This document shows, one piece after another, positions 1-10,702 of a stretch of 64,000 bases of DNA. Numbering within the stretch: the stretch's first letter is position 1; every line of letters starts with the position of its first letter. The DNA is taken from the NCBI GenBank assembly GCA_964016885.1, contig OZ024743.1, forward strand, positions 222,394,001-222,458,000, given 5' to 3'. Origin of the DNA: Eledone cirrhosa (Eukaryota). The notes below the pieces were generated by a model. It made no database searches. It was not told where the DNA came from and saw only the letters and a list, made by a program, of their open reading frames with translations. The position numbers and the translations under genes are program-made.

Positions 1-195
1 TATACATGGACAAAAAGAAAAGTGAGAAAATGTTTCAAGTAATGGAAATATAAAAGAAATGAAGGACAAAGCTACGTCCCCACCCTCACGGGGGGGGGGG
101 GGGGGGGGCAGATCTCAATTTGACACTGTGGTTCTTAAAATAAACATGTTGGTTGTGCATTCTTGAGCAATGTAACAAGGATGAAAAACTGTGAA

Positions 196-362
196 ACAAC
201 AACTACTACTGCTACTACAACTGCAGCTATTGCTGCTGATACTACTACTGCTGCTGATACTACTACTGCTGCTGCTATTACTACTATTACTACCACTACT
301 GCTGCTACCACCACCACCACCACTACTATTACTATTTCTACTGCAATTACTACTACTACTGC
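196..362. repeat. (ACT/GCT/ACC)n trinucleotide microsatellite
   Basis: Direct reading; explains the poly-T/L/V ORFs at 135-376. Confidence 0.9.
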
Positions 363-409
363 AGACAAATAATTAGTTGAGGGAAAACTTTAATTAAAAT
401 TGAAGACAA

Positions 410-1012
410 TATGTGAAGTATATGTGTGTATATATATATATGTATGTGAAGTATATGTTGTATGTATGCATGTAAAGTATATGTGTGTCTATGGGTGTAT
501 GTATGTATGTCTATGTGTGTGTGTCTGCATGTACGAATGTGTATGTGAAGTATATGTGTGTATAAACTAGAGAGAGAGAGGACTAGAGAGTTTACCTTGA
601 TGTAAGAGATATGTTGAAAATGTAAAAGGGAAAAAAGAGGAACAACAACAATAAGACAACAACAGCAACAACAACAATATAAGGAGAGAGAAATAACAAA
701 ACGAAAAATAACAACAATAAAACAACATTGAGTAAACAACAAACAAACAACAGCAGCAACAACAACAACAGTAGCCGAAAAGAATAGCAACAACAACATC
801 AGCTACACAGCAAACAATAGCAACATCAGCAACAGCTACAACAACAGTGGCAGCAGCAGCAACATCAGCCATATAGAGAACCACAAAGAACAATAGCAAC
901 AACAACAGTGGCAGCAACATCAGCAACAACAACAACATCAGCCACATAGAGAACCACAAAGAACAATAGCAACAACAACAACAGTGAGAGCAACAACAAT
1001 AACAACAACTAT
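410..1012. repeat. (TATG)n tract followed by (AAC/AGC)n tract with an internal ~55-bp duplication
   Basis: aacatcagccaYatagagaaccacaaagaacaatagcaacaacaaca occurs at ~861 and ~934. Confidence 0.8.
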
Positions 1013-1218
1013 AATATAAAACAATTCAAAAACAAGGAAATAATGAATTTGAAGTATATTGAACAATTGAACACTGATAACCAATATCTCCCCCCCCCCC
1101 AACACATCACCCTTTGCCCCCTCCACCAACATCTCCATCTACCCCCACCAACACCCTCTAACCTCAACCATCACCACCACCAAGATTAAACGTGGTCAAT
1201 ACATAACTGAAACAGTCT

Positions 1219-1460
1219 TTAACCCTTTTGTTACCATATTTCTAATGAAAGACAATGCCTATGATTTTTTTAATTATTTTGAAAATAATGAAGAATATGA
1301 AGGGATTTAGTAATATAACTAAATTTCTCATTGTTATTAAGCTGGTGTTTCAAACAACTTAATAATGGTTCTTACATAAAATTATGATGGAAGTTTTTTT
1401 TTTAAGATAAATTTTCAGATAAATATAAATAACATATTTGATGGTTTAATTTGGACAGGC
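1219..1460 (+). mobile_element. Degenerate non-autonomous DNA transposon fragment with piggyBac-like end (TTAA-CCCTTTTGTTACCA)
   Basis: Starts TTAA|CCCTTTTG; a reverse-complement homolog lies at ~42000-42344. Right boundary uncertain. Confidence 0.5.
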
Positions 1461-1586
1461 ATTTAAAAAAAAAAAATGAATAAATGAGTTTAAACTTCAA
1501 CTGTCATGTGAAGGATATATATATAGTTTGTACATCATATACTATAATAAAGGGAGTCTTTATAATGATTCAACATTGTAACTCTA

Positions 1587-1707
1587 ATGGGCGACTGCTG
1601 GTCTTCCACAAACAACATTGCCCGGACTTGTGCCTCGGAGGGGGAACTTCCTAAGGGTAAATCCCATGGTCATTAGTGACCTAAGGGGGTCTTTACCCTT
1701 TTAAATC
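1587..1707 (+). mobile_element. 5'-truncated retroposon (SINE 3' part) with target-site duplication
   Basis: GC-richer insert ending ctttaccctttta, flanked by gtaactcta at 1578-1586 and 1708-1716. Confidence 0.55.
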
Positions 1708-1772
1708 GTAACTCTAGTTGTAATATTTTAGTACACTTTTAAAACATAAGGAAGTGTTTGCGGTTTCATTTA

Positions 1773-1872
1773 AGGGCCATTGTAGCACTAGAACTCCATT
1801 AACCAGTACCCCAAACTGACCCAGGCCCACTGCAACACTAGAACTCCACTAGCCAGTAACCCAAAATGACCC
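1773..1872. repeat. Two-copy ~51-bp tandem duplication
   Basis: cactagaactccaYtaRccagtaMcccaaaMtgaccc occurs twice. Confidence 0.7.
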
Positions 1873-2604
1873 TTGAATTTATAAGACGCGGGATGATTTT
1901 CTGGACATTTTTTTTGAAAAAAAGTATAATACTTTAAAAGAAACAGTTGAGTGTTGTTCAAGGAGGGGCAGTTTGAGGTGGTTCCTGTGCTGGATTAAGG
2001 ACAAATGAGACCCTGTGCTAGTTAAGTTATGAGGCCCCAAACATTTGAAAAATTAATTGTAAAAATTATTTTATTATTTCATTACTAAGATGGTAACTTA
2101 ACATATGGCTCGTATACAAAATAATGTTGGAAGATTATTTAATTTAAATAGGAACCATTGATATCAAAAAAGTTTCCGCTTGCTCCAGTTTGCTTGACTG
2201 ACTAAAAAGAAAAATGGTTGAGTGGTTTGTGGACAGAACATTCTGTTGTAAAAAGAAACCATTCTAGTGACGCCCCCCCCCCCCCCCCACACACACACAA
2301 TTGAGTGAATTGATATCCAATATCTTTGAAGTATTTTATTTTATTGACCTTTGAAGATATAAAAGATACTGCCACCTCCACCCCCCAAAAGATGGGTGGG
2401 GAACATTCTTTTCAAACTAAGCACAAGACCAATATTGTAATGGGCAGCCATCCCTGATTGAATTGACTTTATCACTATGACTGGGGAGGGGGTCGTGTGT
2501 GTGGTGGTGGTGGTGGTGGTGGTGGTGGGTGCTTCATCAGTTTTGAGTGTTTCAGTTGTCCTAACAATAGAACAGCCTGTTTTTAGCATGTAAATGAGCA
2601 TTGC

Positions 2605-2750
2605 AACTACTACTTCTACTACAACTACTCTCACTACTACTACTACTACTACTACTACTGCATCTACTACCACTTCTACTACTACAACTACTCTCACTAC
2701 TACTACTTCTACTATTCTCACTACTACTACTACTACTACCACTACTACTC
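2605..2750. repeat. (ACT)n microsatellite
   Basis: Direct reading. Confidence 0.9.
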
Positions 2751-2889
2751 ACTCTGATTGATCAACAAGATCCCAGACCTCATTCGTTTGCCAAGTGGGG
2801 TAGACCTCGTCAAATTGGACCAAGAAGACTTTTGTTTCCATTGGTATTTTCATTGCTGATACTATGTACCAGTAACAGCCCCTTGACAG

Positions 2890-3001
2890 AAGGAACAACA
2901 TGAAATAAAGTGTCTTGCTCAAGGACACATCGCATCACTTTGTCCAAGATTTGAACTCACAGCCTCACGATTGTGAATCCAACTCTGTAACTACTAAGCC
3001 G
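2890..3001 (-). mobile_element. tRNA-derived CORE-type SINE fragment
   Basis: Reverse complement has box A ggcttagtagtt, box B gagttcaaatc and CORE-like gtgtccttgagcaagacactttatttca. Confidence 0.7.
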
Positions 3002-3384
3002 CTGTCACTACTACTACTACTACTACTACTACCACTACCACTACTACAGTTTACTGTACTACAGTGCAACATAGCATTACAGTAAAATATCATTTTGAAA
3101 GTATACAATATCTTGAGGCTGTTAAAACTCAACATTCCATTCCGTTTCATAAAACTGTTTACAATAACAACAATCACTCACCAGAGCCACTCCACCTCAC
3201 CCCACCACCAATATCCTAGGTAGTTTCTGCTTTATTAATTCTGGTGTGGTTTGTTTAGTATGAACGCTTTGAAAGAAATGTCAGGAGGAGATCCAGGAGA
3301 TTGGTTTCCTGGTAAGGTCACCCAAGCAAGAATAAAATGTCAAGGCCAAAAACTCTCTCTCTCTCTCTCTCTTTCTATATATAT

Positions 3385-5139
3385 ATCATCATCACCGTTT
3401 TACGTCCGTTCTTCCACGCTAGCATGGGTTAGACGGGTTGTCCTGTTGTGGGCAGTGTCTGGTCGGCTGACCATGCCTTGCTCATACAGGAACTGATCTG
3501 GCTTGATTTCTACAGCTGGATGCCCTTCCTAACACCAACCTCATTTACAGTGAGTGCTGGGTGCTTTTTCGTGGCGCCTACACGTCCACTTTACAGTGTG
3601 GGCTGGGTGCTTTTTTGCCGTGGCACCTCCACGACCACCTTGCGGTGGGGGGAGTGGGGGCATATTGTTTATATGCTTCAGCATGTACCCATGGGAGGTC
3701 GGGTACCCTGTATTACTGCGTGACGCCAGAAGTCACGGTCGTGTGTCATTGTCTTTGAGAGGTGTAGTTGGGTAAGGTCGGCTTTTATCACCTCATCCCA
3801 AGTCATCTTGGGTCTCCCCACTCCGCGGTTTCCATCAACTTCTAGTGCTCTGCACCTTTTTATGCAGCTGTCATCCTTCATACGCATCACATGCCCATAC
3901 CAGCGTAACCGCCTCTCCTGCACGCAGCATTTGATTCCTCTTATGCTCAGTCTCTCTCTCAATTCCTTTATGCTTTGTCGTTCACGTATATTACTGTTAC
4001 ACATCCATCGGAGCATGCAGGCTTCGTTTCTCTCTAATCTACGTAAGTCTTCCACCTTCAGCGCCCAGGTCTCACTACCATGCAACATCGCTGTTCGGAT
4101 ACATGCATCATACAGTCTGCCTTTCATTCTGAGGGAGAAGCCTTTTGCAGCTAGCAGTGGTAGTAGTTCCCTAAACTTCTTCCATCCCGTTCTTACCCTA
4201 GTTATTGTACTTTCTGAGCACCCACCTCCGTTGCTAATTCGGTCACCTAGGTAGCAGAAGCTGTCTACTGTTTCTACAGGGCCCTCCCAGAGATTGGTGG
4301 TACTTGTTTCCTGTGGCTGTTTGCTTGCTGTTTCAGCACAGCTGCTGCATGTGAATCCTACATTCTTAATTAAGCTTCCTGAGATCCCGCTACATCTCTT
4401 GTGTACCCATTGTTTGCATTTGGGGCAGAGAATGGAGTTCCTACCTACACCTTTCCTACATACTGAGCAAGGCCATTTCCCTGAGGGGATCTGGGTTCTG
4501 TTTTCTCGTCTACTTACAAGGACCTTAGTCTTTGTCATGTTGACTTTGAGGCCCTTTCTCTCTAGTCCCTGCTTCCAGGTTTGGAATTTATTCTCTAATT
4601 CTACCATAGATTCAGCTATGAGTGCGAGGTCATCAGCATACAGGAGTTCCCATGGGCATCCGGTCTTAAACTCCTCCGTTATTGCCTGCAGGACTATGAT
4701 GAACAGGAGAGGGCTAAGAACAGAGCCCTGGTGGACCCCAACCTGTACGCTAAATGCCTCGCTATACTCATTGCTAATCCTAACTTTGCTGACTGCTCCC
4801 CTATACATGGCTTGTACCGCTTTCACAAGCCATTCATCTACTCCTAGTTTTCTAAGAGCCCACCAGATTACAGCACGTGGAACTCTGTCAAAGGCTTTCT
4901 CAAGGTCGACAAATGCCAAGTAGAGTGGCTTACTTTTAGCTCGGTACTTTTCCTGTAATTGCCTCACAAGGAAGAGGGCATCAGTGGTGCCTCTCCCTGG
5001 TACAAACCCAAATTGCATCTCGTCTATATTCACCCGGTCCCTAATCAGCTGTGCTATAACTCTTTCTGTTACTTTCATGACCTGGTCCATCAACTTTATA
5101 CCTCTATAGTTTCCTCTATCTAGTGCATCGCCTTTACCT
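3385..5139 (-). mobile_element. RTE-clade LINE, subfamily A, 5'-truncated, (GAT)n tail
   Basis: RT ORF 3678-5093, ~290-bp 3' UTR and (ATC)n tail on the + strand; both ends abut TA-rich microsatellite; near-identical to 55331-57109. Confidence 0.95.
3678..5093 (-). CDS. RTE reverse transcriptase (truncated ORF, no endonuclease) with internal PHD-type finger
   Basis: QFGF, FVDLEKAFDRVP, GVHQGSVLSPLLF, LLYADD, FCYLG, RLRWYGHVMR and the RTE C-terminal RGVGRPKMTW. Confidence 0.9.
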   Translation of the reverse strand: MMDQVMKVTERVIAQLIRDRVNIDEMQFGFVPGRGTTDALFLVRQLQEKYRAKSKPLYLAFVDLEKAFDRVPRAVIWWALRKLGVDEWLVKAVQAMYRGAVSKVRISNEYSEAFSVQVGVHQGSVLSPLLFIIVLQAITEEFKTGCPWELLYADDLALIAESMVELENKFQTWKQGLERKGLKVNMTKTKVLVSRRENRTQIPSGKWPCSVCRKGVGRNSILCPKCKQWVHKRCSGISGSLIKNVGFTCSSCAETASKQPQETSTTNLWEGPVETVDSFCYLGDRISNGGGCSESTITRVRTGWKKFRELLPLLAAKGFSLRMKGRLYDACIRTAMLHGSETWALKVEDLRRLERNEACMLRWMCNSNIRERQSIKELRERLSIRGIKCCVQERRLRWYGHVMRMKDDSCIKRCRALEVDGNRGVGRPKMTWDEVIKADLTQLHLSKTMTHDRDFWRHAVIQGTRPPMGTC

Positions 5140-5224
5140 ATCTATCTATCTATCTATCTATATCTATATATATATATATATATATATATAGATATAGATA
5201 TATATATATATATATATATATATA

Positions 5225-6530
5225 CAGGGTGCGGACGATATTGGTTCGCAATTTTCAACTGCTAATTTTATGCAAATTTTTTTTACTTCCGTTGTCACTC
5301 TTGTCTTCATAAGAACAGTGACTATATTTCCATTATTTATTTTCAGAATAATTGATTATGAATAATTTTGAACCTCCAAATTTGTGGAAGAGACATGGAG
5401 TTCTTCTTGGAATCTGCGCCGGGAGGACAAATAAAGAAATTTCAGACTTTCTCAGCGTCAGCAGGAGAATGGTGGAAAAGGTCAGAAAGGAATTGGAAGA
5501 TTCAGGATTCGACTAAGAAGCAACATCAGAGAGGAAAACACATGATCGACGATCTGACGCCTTAAGAATGCTCGAGTTTGTCGCTGAAGTTCAGGATATC
5601 ATCAACAATGAACCTAGCAAGTCAATGCGTGCCATTGCAAGGGAGAAAGGGGTGGATGAAAAGCTCATTAGGCTGGTGGTACATGAAGACATTCGCTACG
5701 TTTCATACAAGATGAGGAAAGGACAATTTCTGTCAAAGGCGATGCAAGAAAAGCGACTGAAGCACGCAAAGAAGCTGATCAACAAGTTGAAACACCCACT
5801 GGAGCCAGACATGCTCTGGTTTTTCTCCGACGAGAAAAACTTCTGCCAAGACCAGAAGATCAACTCCCAGAACAACAGGTGGCTCGCTGTCTCATCCAAA
5901 GACGTGCCCAAAGTCATGCAGACAAAGTTTCCAGCGACAACATTGGTCTTAGGTGTCGTCAGCAGTCAAGGTAACGTCATGCCACCTCACTTCTTCCCCG
6001 AGGGCCTCAAGCTGAACACCGATGGCTACATCCGTGTTCTGAGCAAAGTAGTAAAGCCCTGGATCGACCAGGTAGCTGCAGGTAGGTCGTACGTGTGGCA
6101 GCAAGACTCAGCACCCTGCCATACCAGCCGAAAGACCCAAGCCTGGCTGTCAGAGAACTTCGTCAACTACACTTCACCTGATGTCTGTCCTCCCAGCTCG
6201 CCTGACTGCAACCTCCTCGACTTCTTTGTGTGGGGTGCAGTGGAACGAGACACCAACAGATCTAGCTGCAATACGAAAGATGATCTGAAGGCCAGGATCA
6301 CAAATGCCTTTAGTGGCCTAAGTCGGGGGACAGTGAGAAGGCCTGTAGCCAGTTTCGAGACCGCCTTGAGGCCGTCATCAAGGCCAAAGGCGGGTTTATC
6401 GAGTGAGATCGAAAGAACAAGCCATAAAGACAAACTGACCCAAGTTTGATAAATAAATCTTAAAAAATAAAACTACTGTGTTATTTTTTCCTAGACAGTA
6501 ATCTTGCAAACAAATATTGTTCGCACCCTG
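5225..6530 (+). mobile_element. Tc1/mariner superfamily DNA transposon, DD37D (maT) family, full length
   Basis: Imperfect ~27-bp TIRs (CAGGGTGCGGACGATATTGGTTCGCAA vs reverse complement CAGGGTGCGAACAATATTTGTTTGCAA); TA at the left flank, TG at the right; 1306 bp. Confidence 0.93.
5358..6406 (+). pseudogene. DD37D transposase pseudogene
   Basis: ATG at 5358 is in frame with ORF 5568 except for TAA at 5514-5516. Motifs FSDEK, QQDSAPCH and SPDCNLLD, with 37 residues between D2 and D3. A frameshift near 6338 separates the typical C-terminus KACSQFRDRLEAVIKAKGGFIE*. Confidence 0.88.
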
Positions 6531-6539
6531 TGTATGTAT

Positions 6540-6853
6540 ATCATCATCATCATCACCGTTTTACGTCCGTTCTTCCACGCTAGCATGGGTTAGACGGGTT
6601 GTCCTGTTGTGGGCAGTGTCTGGTCGGCTGACCATGCCTTGCTCATACAGGAACTGATCTGGCTTGATTTCTACAGCTGGATGCCCTTCCTAACACCAAC
6701 CTCATTTACAGTGAGTGCTGGGTGCTTTTTCGTGGCGCCTACACGTCCACTTTACAGTGTGGGCTGGGTGCTTTTTTGCCGTGGCACCTCCACGACCACC
6801 TTGCGGTGGGGGGGGGGGGGCATATTGTTTATATGCTTCAGCATGTACCCATG
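6540..6853 (-). mobile_element. RTE subfamily A, 3' UTR-only copy
   Basis: Near-identical to 3385-3693; (ATC)n tail; flanked by TA tracts. Confidence 0.92.
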
Positions 6854-6964
6854 TACATATATATATAAATATGTATATATATATATAAATAAATAAATAC
6901 ATAAATGGAGAAAGCTATTAGCGATACTCCAACCAATTCCAACTCACATAACAAACATTGGGAA

Positions 6965-7288
6965 ATACCGGAGTATATTCCCAATTAAACGTTTGGGGTG
7001 CTAAACATTTAATTGGGAATATACTCCGGTATATATATCTCTTTAATATATCTCATATAAAATAATACACCCAATTATCCACACAATACTATATAGTTGG
7101 CACCCCAATATATATATATATATCTCTTTAATATATCTCATATAAAATAATACAGCCAATTATCCACACAATACTATATAGTTAGTACCCCAATATATAT
7201 ATATATATATCTTTAATATATCTCATAAAATAATACAGCCAATTATCCACACAATTCTATATAGTTGGCACCCCAAACGTTTAATTGG

Positions 7289-7295
<7 letters not shown>
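6965..7295. repeat. Complex inverted plus three-copy ~62-bp tandem repeat
   Basis: 25-bp perfect inverted repeat (6965-6989 / 7008-7032), then three copies of ctttaatatatctcat...tagttggcaccccaa; ~7267-7295 is the reverse complement of ~6974-7003. Confidence 0.75.
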
Positions 7296-7325
<30 letters not shown>

Positions 7326-7408
7326 CAGGTTTAGCAAATAATGAAAAAGTTTCAAAATAAATTTTAAAAAATTGTTCTGGCTCGTTAATTTATTAACCTG
7401 CCATTGAA

Positions 7409-7786
<378 letters not shown>

Positions 7787-7871
7787 TTATTGTGTGTGAA
7801 AATTGAATTAAATTAGTAACTTTGCTGGCTTCTAATCCCATGATGTTTGCACATACATACACATATAAACA

Positions 7872-7937
<66 letters not shown>

Positions 7938-8014
7938 AAATATATATATATACAATTAGTCAGTTATAAACATTTATATTTATATTTGTCGGATTTCCAA
8001 CAAATTAAATACCC

Positions 8015-8497
8015 ATCATCATCATCATTTAACGTCTATCTTCCACGCTAGCATGGGTTAGACGAGAATTGTCCCACTTGAGGCAAGATTGGTCGGGTGA
8101 CCGTGTCTCGCTCGTATAGAACTATCTGGCAGGTTTTCTATGGCTGGCTGCTCTTGCTAACACCAACCACATTTACAGTGTGGACTGGGACCTTTTTACC
8201 ATGTTACCTACACGACCACATTACAGCGTGGACTGTGTTTTTTTGTTGTGACACCTACACAACCTCATTAGTTTGGACTGGATGTTGTGGTACCAACATA
8301 ACTTTACAGAGAAAGGATGGTGTTGGTGGGAGTGGGAGGATGGAGTAGGGGGTAGTGGATTGGGGTGTATATTTGGTTAAGAGGTGCCTACTGACTGTAG
8401 GTTTCACTTTGTACATAGGCAAGGCGGGCCTTCTGTATTACTTCATAGCGCCAAAGATCTCGGTCCAGTGACATTGTCTTAGAGAGGTGCAAGTGTT
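8015..8497 (-). mobile_element. RTE 3' end fragment (older, subfamily B-like)
   Basis: (ATC)n tail and 3' UTR similar to 49823-50270. Confidence 0.8.
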
Positions 8498-8538
8498 ACA
8501 TGTATATATATGTGTGTGTGTGTATATATATATATATA

Positions 8539-9250
8539 GAGCTTGGAAGTCCCATTATGAAAGACTGCTGAATGAAGAGAATGCATGGAAGGAAGATAGT
8601 TTGCCCCAAGTAAATTCAACAGAGGGATCAGCTGTAAAAAGCAGCGTAGTAAGTAAATAAATTGAAGATATGAAGACTGGCAAAGCAGCCAGGCTATCAG
8701 TAATAGTTGGTGAAATGCTGAAAGCATCTGTGATGGTGGGTCACACCTTAACCAACTGTATTGTAAACCAAGTAATACAAAATGGTATCATACCAAATGA
8801 CTGGTGTAGCAGCATCATAGTCAACTGATACAAGGATAAAGATGCACTAGATAGAGAAAACTATAGAGGCACCAAGTTGATGGACCAGGTCATGAAGGTC
8901 ACAGAAAGAGTTATAGTACAGCTGATTAGGGATTGAGTTAACATAGATGAGATGTAGTTTTGACTTGTGCCAGGTAAAAGTACCACTGATGCCATCTTCC
9001 CTAAGAAGCAACTGCAGGAAAAATACATAGCGAAAAGTAAACCTCTCTACTTGGCATTTGTTGACCTGGAGAAAGCTTTTGACAGAGTCCCCCATTCCAT
9101 TATCTGGTGGGCTCTTGAAAACAAGCCATGTATAAAGGAGCAGTCAACAAGATTAGAATTAACAATGATTATAGTGGAAACTTTAGCATCTACCAGGGCT
9201 TTATTTTTAGCCCTCTCCTGTTTATTATTGTCTTGCAGGCTATATCAGAG
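8539..9250 (+). pseudogene. Degenerate RTE RT fragment
   Basis: AWKSHYERLLNEENAW, PGKSTTDAIF and YLAFVDLEKAFDRVP, with stops and deletions. Confidence 0.85.
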
Positions 9251-9395
9251 TTGTCAGAGCATCAGATATAATGCTTTGTAATATTTATTCTGGTTCTCTG
9301 CTCTCTGAGTTCAAATCCGGCTGTGGTCAATTTTGCTGTTCATCATTTCAAAGTCAATAAAAAAAAAAGTACCAGTCCAGTACTGAGGTTGATTC
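9250..9395 (+). mobile_element. Meta-type tRNA SINE fragment
   Basis: Box B gagttcaaatcc and aagtaccagt..tactgaggttgat tail, shared with copies at 37476 and 45565. Confidence 0.6.
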
Positions 9396-10092
9396 TTTGT
9401 CTGTATCGCTTTCTCGCTCCCTCTCCCTCTGGAAGAAATTAGTTGTGTCCAGGCTTGGAGAGAGAGAATGGGCTCCACCAGGTTTTAAAAATGCCTATGT
9501 CACATTATATGTCACTATGACTATTTGTTTGCCATATTATGTAAATATAGACCCATAACCCCCAGGGGTCCAGCTGGTACTTTTTTCTGGAGCCCAAGAG
9601 CTAAGAAGACCCCACAGCAACCATGCAACATCCATTTTGAGAAAAATCTTTGCCTGCTTCAGACCCTAAAGGGGTCTTGAACCACCTTGTAAAACTTCTC
9701 TTGGAGGCCCTGATAACTCCTGATGGAGTTACAGGGGATGGGGTGGGGTCTATACATAAGATGGTAGACAAACTCCCAAGTCAGATCTGGTTTCTGCCTA
9801 AATGGTGTTTCCTGACTGGCTGACAATATCCATATCAGCCAGCTGCAATTTCCATGCATGGTTGGCTTCTGTTTGAGATGCTGTGGAATCATTGATCAGA
9901 GCCAGCTCAACCTATCCCAGAAATATGCTGACACAAGTAGAAGTAGAAGAACCCTGGCAAGTGTAGGAGTATGGACAACAAACAAATCAAGACACACAAG
10001 ATTGTTCAATACAACAAACAAGCTCTCTTAAAAGTAGATTAAATCCTACATCAAACAATCAACAGGAAATGATGAGAATCCAAACTTCTGGT

Positions 10093-10535
10093 GAATGGAT
10101 GGATGAGTGGATAAATGGATGGATGGGTGGGTGGCTTGATTGGGTATGTGGCTAGATGGATGGATGGATTGGATGGATGGATGGGTGGGTGGCTAGATTG
10201 GGTATGTGGCTAGATGGATGGATGGATTGGATGGATGAATAGATTGGGTAGGTGGCAAGATGGGATTGATGGGTGGCTAGATGGATGGAGGGATGGATAC
10301 GTAGCTTAGGTAGGTGGTTAGATGGATTGCTTGGGTGGATGGATGGATAGATGGATACATAGATTGGGTGGGTGGCTAGATGGATGGCTTGGGTGGATGG
10401 ATGGCTGGCAACATAGATTGAGTAGGTGGTTAGATGGATGAGTGGATAGATGGATTGATGGGTGGCTAAATTGTGTATGTGGCTAGAAGGGTGGGTGGGA
10501 TGGACAGTAACAGAGTGGGTGGATGGCTAGATGTA
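10093..10535. repeat. Degenerate (GGAT/GGGT/GGCT)n tetranucleotide tract
   Basis: Direct reading. Confidence 0.85.
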
Positions 10536-10702
10536 ATGATAACTACATAGATTGGGGCAATGGAGGCAGGGGGGGGGGGGGGCTAAATGAATGAATACTC
10601 TTCTACTTGTTCTAGCCCTTGGGTTGTCGCTAGGCTGGAGGTACTGCCATAAATGAGGGATGCTGAGTAGATAGGAAGCTGGCACTATGGTTGGGTCTTA
10701 CT

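Noticed and set aside
135-2903. Low-complexity ORFs (poly-V, T, L, C, S)
   Set aside because: Translations of trinucleotide microsatellites. The same applies to ORFs at 7513-7955, 39401-39965, 44749-45593 and 59818-60860.
3448-3775. Recurrent 91-aa ORF (MGSVWSADHALL...) in four places
   Set aside because: It is the antisense strand of the RTE-A 3' UTR, repeated because the element is repeated; GTG start and no domain.
3808-4923. Antisense ORFs over the RTE RT (also 50255-51196, 55775-56893, 46128-46604)
   Set aside because: Shadows of the sense reading frame; no recognisable domain, mostly non-ATG starts, and recurrence is explained by copy homology.
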